This document shows, one piece after another, positions 9,870 to 20,342 of a stretch of 20,342 bases of DNA. This DNA comes from Ginkgo biloba. Its lineage: Eukaryota > Plantae > Ginkgophyta. The notes beneath the pieces are model-generated. The model did no database searches. It had not been told where the DNA came from and worked only from the letters and a program-made list of their open reading frames with translations. Made by a program: the position numbers and the translations under genes. Location: contig JANKJI020000004.1 in assembly GCA_024626585.2 (NCBI GenBank), forward strand, positions 168,320,946 to 168,341,287, read 5' to 3'. Position 1 is the stretch's first letter; each line of letters opens with the position of its first letter.

Positions 9870-10830
9870 NNNNNNNNNNNNNNNNNNNNNNNNNNNNNNN
9901 NNNNNNNNNNNNNNNNNNNNNNNNNNNNNNNNNNNNNNNNNNNNNNNNNNNNNNNNNNNNNNNNNNNNNAAAAGGGTGAGGCTGCATTCCACCCAAGGGG
10001 GATCCAAAATTTTCACATTTTTTCTCTGAGATGACTCTCTTATCTACCTCTCCCTCTAACTCTATTTTTCTTGGTATAATATAATAGGGAAACACTTATT
10101 TTGAGAAGGGGATTAATATAAGAGATTTTTGGTATTCCAAAAGATGACGAGTTTTTGTGAGTTACATGGTTCTTTTGGTCCATTTAAATTCTCATGGATT
10201 AGTGGTTTTATTTTATCTATATGTTAATAGGGATTGCTACTATACTTTTGGNNNNNNNNNNNNNNNNNNNNNNNNNNNTAAGCTATACCAACCTTGAATT
10301 TATTTAGTTGTTTTTTCCTTTGCACCCAGATATGTTAGATATTATAATGCAATCTATAATCCATCATGTGTGACATACTTTCAACTGTATGAATACTCAC
10401 TTGGTCCTTTGGATACAGTTAACTAATTTGAACACTATGTTATATTAATTCTCTTTTATGGTAAAGTTTACACCTCTATTGTTTTCAACAATTCCCTATA
10501 TAAATATTATTTTTCTTCCATTACTTCCTAGAGATTTATTGAATGATTTTCTAAACCATGTGTAGATTCGAGTGCATTCTATTTTTTTTATGATTTGGTT
10601 AAGTTGTTGCATAGATGTGGATATTATTTAACTTTCTCTTCTCTTCCCTGCCTTTCTCCTCTTTGATGGTTTTTTTTTTTTAGAGTCATAAATCACTGAG
10701 TTAAAAGACTTTGTAAATATCCAATTTGATAGGGAAGCTCCACCAATAGGTTTCAAGATTCCCATGTTCACCTGAGCTATAAGTCAAGAGTCTTTCATAC
10801 ATTAGATCCTAATACCAACAGGGATCCTAA

Positions 10831-10893
10831 AACAAGCGAGTTTCATACCCATTACATTGTTGAAGCCTGTGTACACCACATGCGGCAACAATA
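10831..10893 (+). repeat. LTR 3' terminus, copy 1 (5' LTR, followed by a PBS)
   Basis: GAGTTTCATACCCATTACATTGTTGAAGCCT is shared exactly with 11334-11364. It ends ...GCGGCAACAATA versus ...GCAACGACAACA in copy 2. Confidence 0.85.
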
Positions 10894-10898
10894 AAGAT

Positions 10899-10916
10899 TG
10901 GTGCTAGAGGGAGGGG
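10899..10916 (+). promoter_or_regulatory. Primer-binding site complementary to tRNA-Asn(GUU)
   Basis: TGGTGCTAGAGGGAGGGG versus TGGCGCTAGAAGGAGGGG (reverse complement of the recalled plant tRNA-Asn 3' end ...CCCCTCCTTCTAGCGCCA): 16/18 match, 5 nt after the LTR end. Confidence 0.75.
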
Positions 10917-11327
10917 TTGCAATCTATCTAGGCGACAAACAATGAGGCATCTACGTCTATAGANNNNNNNNNNNNNNNNNNNNNNNNNNNNNNNNNNNNN
11001 NNNNNNNNNNNNCCCTTCAATGATTGGTTATCTATCACTTGGATGGAATGCTCCAAGGGAGGGCCTTTTACCATTCTAGTACCACAAGGCCCTTAACTAG
11101 GTCTGCCTCATATTCAAGTCTATTGTTGTTGTTTCCCTTACGAGTCCATAGGAAACCCAGATCTAACAGGGGTGTACGTAGAACCTCAAGAACACAACCC
11201 ATCTCGCCTACCAATCCAAATAGTAACNNNNNNNNNNNNNNNNNNNNNNNNNNNNNNNNNNNNNNNNNNNNNNNNNNNNNNNNNNNNNNNNNNNNNNNNN
11301 NNNNNNNNNNNNNNNNNNNNNNNNNNN

Positions 11328-11389
11328 ACGAGTGAGTTTCATACCCATTACATTGTTGAAGCCTATGTAGACCACACGCAACGACAACA
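11328..11389 (+). repeat. LTR 3' terminus, copy 2 (3' or solo LTR; no PBS follows)
   Basis: Homologous to 10832-10893. Similarity ends at ACAACA (11389) and unrelated sequence follows. Confidence 0.85.
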
Positions 11390-12256
11390 AGTTTGAAAGA
11401 GGGTTTCTTTGTGACTATCCCCCACTTCGAAATATTCTGCATGTTTTATAACTAGATATATTTCTGTATATTTTTTCACCATCATACCTTCTTCCACTTG
11501 TGATTTTTGACTTGGCATCCCCCGAACCCTCTGCGCTTTGCCTACNNNNNNNNNNNNNNNNNNNNNNNNNNNNNNNNNNNNNNNNNNNNNNNNNNNNNNN
11601 NNNNNNNNNACTCATCTCTCCATTTATCGTTTGGAACAAGAAATTTGCCTTTTGAATTGCTTCTTCAAATGATTTATCAACTTCATCGTTGATAAACATA
11701 TTGTCTAGATTCAACTCATAATCCACGAAGCTCAGGGTAGGTCAGCCACATGCTTGAGCATTTATTGTATCTTATGGCCTACACCTCCTTTCCCACTCTT
11801 ATGCTTTTTGTAATTCTTCCTAGCCAACTCCTCACTCTGTCAATTTCTCACGTGGTTGTTGATGTGGTTCTTGTTGCCAATCTCTCTCTTTCAGTTGTCG
11901 AATGTCCAACTGTTGGTCACCCCTTTGTCGATATTCTCATTGTCAATTTCTCCTTTAGTTAGTTGTTGTCAATGTCAAATTATCTCACCTTATTGATTGT
12001 TCTTGTCATCAGCAACCCTCTCCCCAATAGGACATTTCTCTATCCTTATGTTGCTCTGCGGTTCATCGGGAAATTGCAATCGTCCATGCAAAGGTGATTG
12101 GGTTGGTTTTGTCTCCCTTAGACTTCCTCTCCCCTATAATCACGAGGTTTTATCATTGGTTCTCCTTTGGTCATATTCCTCTCCTATCTTCCTAATACGG
12201 ATGACTCATCATGTAGTTGATAACTTTGCTGCAGTTATTTTTCTCTTATTTTGATG
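11390..12256 (-). pseudogene. Decayed hydrophilic ORF of unknown, probably retroelement, origin, cut at its 3' side by the LTR ending at 11389
   Basis: Purine-rich minus strand readable through scattered stops (...QSEELARKNYKKHKSGKGG..., DYELNLDNMFINDEVDKSFEEAIQKANFLF). No motif recognised. Confidence 0.3.
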
Positions 12257-14169
12257 CCTAATATTTTTGAATGATCTAATCTTGGATTTTATACTCTTTT
12301 ATTATTACACTTGAGTATTTCTAGTCTTGCCACCTAGAATACAGTATATAACTATCTTATACCCCTTTGTTTCTCTTTGCATCCTTAGCTTCATCAGTTG
12401 TNNNNNNNNNNNNNNNNNNNNNNNNNNNNNNNNNNNNNNNNNNNNNNNNNNNNNNNNNNNNNNNNNNNNNNNNNNNNNNNNNNNNNNNNNNNNNNNNNNN
12501 NATAAAACATGAATCTTATATGAAAAATCATAATGTTTATTAAGAACCAATGATAACAATGTATTGATTGTGAATGTTTCAACTTTGGTATCAACTACAA
12601 AAAGTCCCTGTCATAGTGGTACATATTGAATTATGGGCAAATAATATTGCTAAGTGATCGAAAAGAAAATTCATAAACATAGGCCCAAGTTTGCACGTAT
12701 AAAACCCATCGAGGCAATGTGATAATTAATTCATATTTGGCTTTGTGAGATGTAAGACCAATGGAGTATGGCATCTTTGTTCTTCTCAAATTACTATTCC
12801 TTCATGATACCATGGTTATCTTCATTGAAAGAAGATTGCATTGAACACCTTATGAGTTATTATGTTCAGATCAATCTCATGTAGTTTAACACTAAGAAAC
12901 TAGCAAGATTTAATCATCACTTTGCATTCACAAAAGCAAAATGACTTCCAAATTTAATGAGAAGATGACGGGGTCCATCATCTCCGAAAAAGGGAGGATT
13001 GATCCACCAAAAAATCCAACTTTTGACAATGGAGTATTTTATTTGTTTCACTCCTCTTTGGAATAGGATCCATGTGAGCTTATTTCCAATACTTGGAAAT
13101 TTAGAAGGTTGTATTTAAAATCAGTTGTGCAATTGTTTCTCCTCTTACATAATCATGCATTATAACAGATTCTTGTAATAAACTGTCAGCAAAAATTATC
13201 ATAAAATGAACTCTCTCTTGGTCTTTTGACTCTAAGAACCCTTTTGGGTTTTTCTTCCACATAGCAGGAGGATATGCACTCATGGCATGAATGCCCATTT
13301 GGGTAGATCTTAATATTAAAATTTTAACATTTAATTTTGAAAGAATATGTATTCTCGTTCATGTGGTGTTTGTGCAGATTTTGATCCCAAATTTCTCTAA
13401 TGTAGTTCAAATTTGAACATAATATCTCCATTTTTCATAAATTTTGACAAATATGCTTCCACATTGTGTAGTAGGGGAATTTCAGATCAAACCCTCAACT
13501 TTTTGTTAGCTCGAGAAAACTCTTCTTGCCAGAGGATGGTGTGTCTTGGAAATTGAAAAATACTAGGGATTGATTTTGCCCATGTCCACACCAATTAAAT
13601 TGCATATCAAATGGACTTGGACATTACTGACTCTCCAGCAGCTCAACAAAAAGCCAAAATGCAGAATGGAGCTACTCTTGCAAATTATTTATCAAAAAAA
13701 TATTGGGTTCCACCACATGGGTCTACTTGGGACAGATGACCCCCTAAACCTACTATGACATACAATGCAGCAGGAAAATATACTCCCTCGAATAACATGC
13801 ATTCATTATGTGTAGTTTATTTTTGAAACAGATTATGCTTCAAGAACACGTTACTCTTCACACACTGGTCATTGACCAGGTGTCTCGTGTATAATAGTCT
13901 CCCTATTTGATTGATGAGGCATGAAGCAAAGTAGGGAGAAGGGACTGAAAAGGAGCCAAAAAGTACTTTCTATGAATATATTTTTTGAATTTATATTAAG
14001 GTACACATACTTTTTATAGCAGCATATTCTATCTTCTTCAAACACCTTTCTGAAATACTTTTTTGCTACTTTGCCTGGTGAGATGTGTGTACAACCCAAC
14101 GAGTACAATAATATTTCTCTAGGGAGTCAAGATACAGGTAAGAAACCTAGCCGACCTTCACATTTGGAA

Positions 14170-14632
14170 TCACATTTCATTAGACTCTATGCAAATAACA
14201 AAATCTGTATTCTCTATAGAATGTCCTTCCTGTGGTCCTGTGACACTGATCTGAACTTCATGAATATCTAAACTATTGGTATTTGTTCTTTCCAAAGATG
14301 TCTCATAGTTTGACCTGCTATGTTCCTCTCTTTGAAGATCAAGCACACCAATGCTTTCTGGAGCAGGTAAATCTTCAATGGGATGGACTTGCTGGGAAAA
14401 TGATACAGGGATAAGCTCATTAACTCCATGAGTCTGCTGGGACATTGCAATATGTGCTGGCGAATCCAAAGGAACAACCTTAGCAGCCTGCAGAAGTGAA
14501 GTCCGACAAAGTGGGCATGTGGCGTTGTTTATGAGCCAATTGTCAATGCAGTCCAGGTGGAAAGTATGTCCACAAAAAGGTAGCTGCTGAAGCTTTTCAT
14601 CTGTCTGGTAATCCCCGAGGCAGACAGAACAT
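14170..14632 (-). CDS. ATL7-like: Terminal coding exon of an ATL-family RING-H2 E3 ubiquitin ligase (ATL7/ATL58/ATL59-like); upstream exons not visible
   Basis: Acceptor TTTTTTGTTGCAG|A, then an open frame CSVCLGDYQTDEKLQQLPFCGHTFHLDCIDNWLINNATCPLCRTSLLQAAKVVPLDSPAHIAM...IESNEM* (153 aa, TGA at 14172-14170). It has exact RING-H2 spacing C-x2-C-x15-C-x-H-x2-H-x2-C-x10-C-x2-C, with the ATL-typical LPxC and CIDxW. Phase-2 intron before the first Cys. No disablements. Confidence 0.95.
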
Positions 14633-14659
14633 CTGCAACAAAAAACCCCACAGGATGAG
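14633..14659 (-). promoter_or_regulatory. 3' splice site (U-tract + CAG) and candidate branch point CTCAT
   Basis: The minus strand reads CTCATCCTGTGGGGTTTTTTGTTGCAG directly before the RING exon. Confidence 0.85.
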
Positions 14660-17048
14660 TCTCTCTCTTCCCCCCTCCCGCCCCCCTCGCCCCAAAAAAA
14701 AAAAGGACAGCAAGATTTTTTTCACTGGTNNNNNNNNNNNNNNNNNNNNNNNNNNNNNNNNNNNNNNNNNNNNNNNNNNNNNNNNNNNNNNNNNNNNNNN
14801 NNNNNNNNNNNNNNNNNNNNNNNNNNNNNNNNNNNNNNNNNNNNNNNNNNNNNNNNNNNNNNNNNNNNNNNNNNNNNNNNNNNNNNNNNNNNNNNNNNNN
14901 NNNNNNNNNNNNNNNNNNNNNNNNNNNNNNNNNNNNNNNNNNNNNNNNNNNNNNNNNNNNNNNNNNNNNNNNNNNNNNNNNNNNNNNNNNNNNNNNNNNN
15001 NNNNNNNNNNNNNNNNNNNNNNNNNNNNNNNNNNNNNNNNNNNNNNNNNNNNNNNNNNNNNNNNNNNNNNNNNNNNNNNNNNNNNNNNNNNNNNNNNNNN
15101 NNNNNNNNNNNNNNNNNNNNNNNNNNNNNNNNNNNNNNNNNNNNNNNNNNNNNNNNNNNNNNNNNNNNNNNNNNNNNNNNNNNNNNNNNNNNNNNNNNNN
15201 NNNNNNNNNNNNNNNNNNNNNNNNNNNNNNNNNNNNNNNNNNNNNNNNNNNNNNNNNNNNNNNNNNNNNNNNNNNNNNNNNNNNNNNNNNNNNNNNNNNN
15301 NNNNNNNTAAGCAATTGATATGATCCATCTACTTGGCATAATTCCATACCTCCAAAAATAATCTGAACTGCTAGCTTAGACTCTGCCAAATACTGTCCAA
15401 CGATGTTTTGAAGAGATTTCTGGCAGGTTGGCAAGTTACTTGAAAACAAGATCAAGTGTATTGTTTACTAAAATGGAGCAGGTTTGAATCTTAACATGGC
15501 AAAACAATACACAGTTTGAAAATAGAGTTCTAATCCTAAGCAGATAGCCTCTTCCATGTTTTTTCTATTCACTCAGTGATGAAAAGACAAAAATGTCATG
15601 AAAATGGATTTGTTCAAAGCAAGTTGACACTTTCATTGTCACTTGAGTGAAATGTCCATTTTAAAATCACAGGACAGAATAGGGAAACAACATTAAACTC
15701 AATTTTCTGTTCTTAAGACACACAATTTATTCATAAACAGACAACAAAAGGCACAATTAAAGAGGAAATAGAAGGTTCTTCATCCAAATAGAAAACCATG
15801 TATAAGCAATAGCATTTACAGACTAAGACACCCTAGGAAGGGGAATACACCAAGACATGTGACTTGGGCAATTCATCTTATCTGCTTCAGCAACATAAGA
15901 CCTATGATTCAAGATGTCCTTTAGTGCCCTGCTTGACTGTGTGCCTATAATTATGTATATATTGCATTGTTAACAACATTTGCTTATGCAAATCATTGTT
16001 TGTAGTTATGCTTGCCACCTGCAGCTTACACATGGTCTGAGCAACCTAAGCCCACTTTTGCTAACCTTGTGTGCTCAGTGAACACATTTACCAAGCCAGA
16101 TTGGTCGGCAACAACATGTGCAGTTGAGGATCTCTGCAAACTAATCTACATAGTACTTCAGGTTGGATTATTAAATCAAATGGTAACTTAAACCTTATCC
16201 AGATCAGACTAGTGTCATAAGAAAACAATAAATGAATGCTCATCAGGATCAACTGCCAACTAGATCTGAGCATCGAGTCTCTAGTAGTTAGCATGCTTCT
16301 CATCTCTGAAAGAAGCCATCATCTGACCTGACCCAACCAAGGACCAAATTATGACATCAATGCCAGTTAGCAACATGCAAATTTCATCTAATGGCTAATG
16401 TATAAAAACAATGTACAAGAACTGACACATGTATCATGTCTGATGACATGAAACAAGTGTTGATCATGTCCAAATCTTGTGCTGCCCCGGAGCTCACCAA
16501 AGTGACTCAATAGCACCCAAGTGGACTTGGGGGCCCATGATTAGCCCACAAAATCAATCTTTTGATAGAAATAAACAAAGTAAGATAATAAGTGCAACTA
16601 AATGTCTCTATTAACAATCCCTTTTAATATTTGAGTTTTTTATTTCTTACCCCCTCTAAGAATAACTCTTAACAATTTCAAATGGTCCCCAATATCTTTG
16701 GCCCTCTCAGTATGTATTACATGACTTGCCTTCTTTCTCTGTGGACACTTTCACCCCTATAGATAAATATGTTCTAGTCAACTTAAGTTGAAATAAAAGG
16801 GAGGATTCACAAATTAAGAACTAGGTTAACTCATTGGTTAATAAGGAAAATGATTTTGAGGCTAAGCAATAAAAGCCTAAAGCAAAATCAATCAAATTTG
16901 AGTATAGTTTATATTTTCCTTTTATTTTAAGAGATAAATATTTGCATGNNNNNNNNNNNNNNNNNNNNNNNNNNNNNNNNNNNNNNNNNNNNNNNNNNNN
17001 NNNNNNNNNNNNNNNNNNNNNNNNNNNNNNNNNNNNNNNNNNNNNNNN

Positions 17049-17535
17049 AAATCAAGTCATCCAAGTTTGCACTCCCTGCAGAAGAACTATTTAGCATTTT
17101 GGATGATGCAAGTGAAAGGACCTTTTTATGTGTTGGAATATTTGTTTATGTGCAAAGGCTTGTATTTGAGGGAGAAGTAGAAAAGTTGGACTTGAGGCCA
17201 AGAACCTAGTCGCATCCTTGGGTTTCTTGGTTGAGCAGAGATTGGTAAGAGAATAAATTACTGACAAAGATGCAGAAGCTCTTCGCTGCCAAAAAGAGTT
17301 TGTGGACGAAGAGGAAGCAATTTAGAAGAAGCAAGCAGAACTTCTCAAACAAAAACATTTAAAAAAAAACCAAGGTAAAAAGAGTCTAGAGAAAAAGAGC
17401 GAAAAGCTAAAGATCCATCTTCCCTAGTAGATGTGGTTATTGTTGGTGGAGGAAACTTTACAAAGTTAGGTGAAGGACACGATTCTCCCACAACAGTGGA
17501 ATCTAGTAATCCTTCAACTTCATCTTTTGCACAGG
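17049..17535 (+). pseudogene. Disabled fragment of a conserved plant C2H2-zinc-finger-family protein gene (DKDAEALRCQK coiled-coil region; AT4G25610-like by recall)
   Basis: KFALPAEELFSILDDASERTFLC...VFEGEVEKLD(frameshift ~17190)EAKNLVASLGFLVEQRLVRE*ITDKDAEALRCQKEFVDEEEAI*KKQAELLKQKHLKK(frameshift)R*KESREKERK. This matches the recalled host motif ELFSILDDASEKTFLC...KNLVACxSFLxEQKLVKAWLADKDAEALRCQKLLVEEEEAAQxxQAELLERKRQKKLRQKE. Confidence 0.82.
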
Positions 17536-17561
17536 TTATCCCTTGGTGTAGGGTAAACATC

Positions 17562-17570
17562 AAGGGAGGG
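17562..17570 (+). promoter_or_regulatory. Polypurine tract (copia-like)
   Basis: AAGGGAGGG directly abuts TGTTAG, the typical Ty1/copia PPT-LTR junction. Confidence 0.75.
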
Positions 17571-17919
17571 TGTTAGTGTTGATGTTTCCACCTTGTGAAT
17601 AAATTGTATTATTATTTTGTAAGGGAGAGTGTTCTCTAGGTAAAAGAAATAAGGTAAACTTTTAGGTGAATAGTTTATATGGCACACGAGTGGCACGACC
17701 TTTTAGGTCAAAAATCTTGTAATACCACTGATGTAATTTTCTATATATTTTGGGCTAAATGAAGAAAAAAACAAGGCAGTGTATTTTGTTGTTTGAAGTT
17801 CATTCTTGAGGAGAGTTTATTAAATATTGTCCACGATTCTTTGTGTGAGTTTCATGAGTTTGTCTCCATGTATTTCCATTCATGTATGAATGAGATAGCT
17901 TGTGAGTGTTATCCATTCA
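17571..17919 (+). mobile_element. Copia-like 3' LTR (~350 bp)
   Basis: TGTTAG start after the PPT, TATA-like CTATATA at ~17741 and a TG-rich U5-like segment. Candidate end TCCATTCA at 17919 (alternative at 17882). Confidence 0.62.
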
Positions 17920-18101
17920 CTGTGTGTGAATTGATGTACCCGCTCAGTAGGAGTATGAAGGAATGATCTTCAATGCATTACAAAAGCGATTTGGTGTCAA
18001 ACCAAGGGGGTACTCATCTCTAGAATTGTGAGAACATTGGAATAGAAGCACTCTGTCCTCTCTATACAGTCTCTTTATCTTTTGTATGGCCAAAAACTTC
18101 A

Positions 18102-18246
18102 ATACCGTGAAAATGCACTCCTTTATAGGGTCATACTATAGAAATGAGCAATTCATACCGTGGAAACGCCCGCACTTTCACATACTGGAGATCAATATCG
18201 CGAAAATGCAGGTCATTTCCACATATTGGCATAGTATAGAATCCAA
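18102..18246 (+). repeat. Degenerate short tandem repeat (ATACCGYGRAAAYGC core) running into a ~690-N gap
   Basis: Core copies at 18102, 18133, 18155 and 18195. TTTC(C)ACATAYTGG occurs at ~18176 and ~18216. Confidence 0.6.
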
Positions 18247-19196
18247 NNNNNNNNNNNNNNNNNNNNNNNNNNNNNNNNNNNNNNNNNNNNNNNNNNNNNN
18301 NNNNNNNNNNNNNNNNNNNNNNNNNNNNNNNNNNNNNNNNNNNNNNNNNNNNNNNNNNNNNNNNNNNNNNNNNNNNNNNNNNNNNNNNNNNNNNNNNNNN
18401 NNNNNNNNNNNNNNNNNNNNNNNNNNNNNNNNNNNNNNNNNNNNNNNNNNNNNNNNNNNNNNNNNNNNNNNNNNNNNNNNNNNNNNNNNNNNNNNNNNNN
18501 NNNNNNNNNNNNNNNNNNNNNNNNNNNNNNNNNNNNNNNNNNNNNNNNNNNNNNNNNNNNNNNNNNNNNNNNNNNNNNNNNNNNNNNNNNNNNNNNNNNN
18601 NNNNNNNNNNNNNNNNNNNNNNNNNNNNNNNNNNNNNNNNNNNNNNNNNNNNNNNNNNNNNNNNNNNNNNNNNNNNNNNNNNNNNNNNNNNNNNNNNNNN
18701 NNNNNNNNNNNNNNNNNNNNNNNNNNNNNNNNNNNNNNNNNNNNNNNNNNNNNNNNNNNNNNNNNNNNNNNNNNNNNNNNNNNNNNNNNNNNNNNNNNNN
18801 NNNNNNNNNNNNNNNNNNNNNNNNNNNNNNNNNNNNNNNNNNNNNNNNNNNNNNNNNNNNNNNNNNNNNNNNNNNNNNNNNNNNNNNNNNNNNNNNNNNN
18901 NNNNNNNNNNNNNNNNNNNNNNNNNNNNNNNNNCTTGTCTTCTAAGAGAACGAACCTTTGATTTCTAAAATGACCGATCCTTGATTAGGTTGCTATCACT
19001 AGTGATTGTAATCAATATGATTGTTGTTGCGACCAATGATTATGGAGTCAAAACTCTGGAAAACATCTCAACTACCACTAGTCTTGAACGTCCCTGTTAA
19101 ATGCAAAATTTTCAAAAAAAAACCTCGGTTTCCCCTTTGAAAANNNNNNNNNNNNNNNNNNNNNNNNNNNNNNNNNNNNNNNNNNNNNNNNNNNNN

Positions 19197-20342
19197 GGAT
19201 AGGAATATTATGCTCTTTTAACAACCGATTGAATATCGCTAAAGCTTGTTTGGCCGATGCCAGTTGCTTCTCTATGGCTTGTAACTCCTCCAATAGCTCC
19301 ATGAACTTTTCCCTGGTTTCCTTAAGCTTCTTTTGGGCATCAATATCTATATTGGTGGCTTCAGTTGTCCACAACTTGGCATCAAAGAGATCATTCCGCT
19401 CCTGATCGCATTTCAAAACCCATGCTCCTAGCTTTGGAATAATTTGTTCCGAGCCTGGGGGAATCTCCTTCTCAAAGCTTATCATGAAGCATTTATATGT
19501 GTCTTCTTGTCTACTAGCCATGCATTATAGAATCCTTCTATAAACTTGATTTCCAGCTATGTTGCATAGGCTTGTTTGCGAGCTTCCTTAGTTTCTTCCC
19601 TCACACCATGCTTGTGATGTTTCACTTTGCACACTAGAGCTCTAACCAATTTTGAATGACATTCGCCATGAACGTAGGTTGTCGTGCTCTGTGGTTGTGA
19701 AGCTCACAATCTTGTTTCTCCAAACGATCCTCAAAGACCTTAATGCAATCACTCCATTCCATTTGAATATGACCATCCAAAATACAGTATGCCCAAGTAA
19801 GTCGAAGAATGTTGTCCACTTGTATTTCTAGGGTATGATTGGTTACCTATACTCCTTAGNNNNNNNNNNNNNNNNNNNNNNNNNNNNNNNGTGCTCTAAT
19901 TTTCTCTCCAGTTGCACTATTGGCGATGATGTACTTGGCACTTCTTCTTCTACCAGTTTCTTCCATTTCCTTTTCTTTTTCTCTTCATTCAAAAATTCCT
20001 GCAAGACTAGCTCTTGGTCAATAACTAATTCCTCTATTTAATTCCCTACTTCTAATCCTTCTAATTCCTAAATTTCTTCCTCCACTAGTACTACTTTCTC
20101 TTTCTCATTTTCCTCCTTGATNNNNNNNNNNGTCTATTCCCTATTTCTTATATGATGTTACTAACCATTGTAAATTTTTCTCGAACTTGGAAAACATGTA
20201 CCTAAAATCTTCGCTTTCAATTGAAGCATTGAGAAACAACTAGACCACCCTGCAAGTCGTGAAAATTCCAAATTGGTATTGAGAGTTGATATATATCTCA
20301 GTGGGTGAGTCAAAATCTCCCAATGTAATTAACTACGGATTC
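19197..20342 (-). pseudogene. Decayed long ORF with acidic segment and C-terminal coiled coil, probably a retroelement accessory ORF
   Basis: Readable from the window end through stops and frameshifts: LITLGDFDSPTEIYIN...FEKNLQWLV; EELVIDQELVLQEFLNEEKKKRKWKK; LEIQVDNILRLTWAYC...; AQKKLKETREKFMELLEELQAIEKQLASAKQALAIFNRLLKEHNIPI. Most stops are TAG/TAA. Confidence 0.55.

Larger units (their letters stand above)
2552..20131. other. Assembly gaps (18 N-runs; nine of exactly 100 N)
   Basis: 100-N runs start at 2552, 4539, 6056, 7156, 8349, 9870, 11228, 12402 and 16949. Sized gaps include 14730-15307 and 18247-18933. Confidence 0.98.

Noticed and set aside
10899-10916. tRNA gene remnants at 1346, 8301 and 10899
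   Set aside because: Only 12-18 nt complementary to tRNA 3' ends next to LTR termini, i.e. PBSs; no cloverleaf.
5665-11389. One complete element from TGTTGTCGT to ACGACAACA
   Set aside because: No TSD (AAGAG versus AGTTT), the interior is a mix of different lineages, and it crosses five 100-N joins.
14529-15455. Long ORFs of 205-308 aa in the track (also 18086-18961 and other X-containing ORFs)
   Set aside because: They are open only because they run through N gaps.
17345-17563. 72-aa minus-strand ORF
   Set aside because: Antisense to the plus-strand host-gene fragment; no independent support.
16949-17919. Captured-gene element lying inside the ATL intron
   Set aside because: Possible, but a 100-N unsized join separates them and the upstream ATL exons are not located.

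Overview
This window is eukaryotic, land-plant nuclear DNA (the retroelement remnants look gymnosperm-like; this is inference). It comes from a fragmented scaffold with 18 N-gaps, nine of them exactly 100 N, so adjacency across those gaps proves nothing. Most of it is old, mutation-decayed LTR-retrotransposon debris: Ty3/gypsy protease-RT, integrase and chromodomain remnants, three different tRNA primer-binding sites (iMet, Asn, Arg-like), polypurine tracts (PPTs) and LTR ends. One intact host exon is present: the terminal exon of an ATL7/58/59-type RING-H2 E3 ligase gene (minus strand, 14632-14170), only partly captured by the ORF track. The most unusual items are: (1) a decayed, apparently intronless fragment of a conserved plant C2H2-family host gene fused directly to the PPT and 3' LTR of a copia-like element, suggesting LTR-mediated gene capture; (2) a ~1.1 kb array of two alternating long palindromes inside an LTR-like region, with some copies showing hairpin-tip deletions; (3) a perfect 32-bp palindrome at the position of the retro-protease catalytic motif. 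There is no prokaryotic operon, CRISPR array or RNA gene. I cannot support a claim of a new multi-gene system. Family assignments come from recalled motifs, not database searches.
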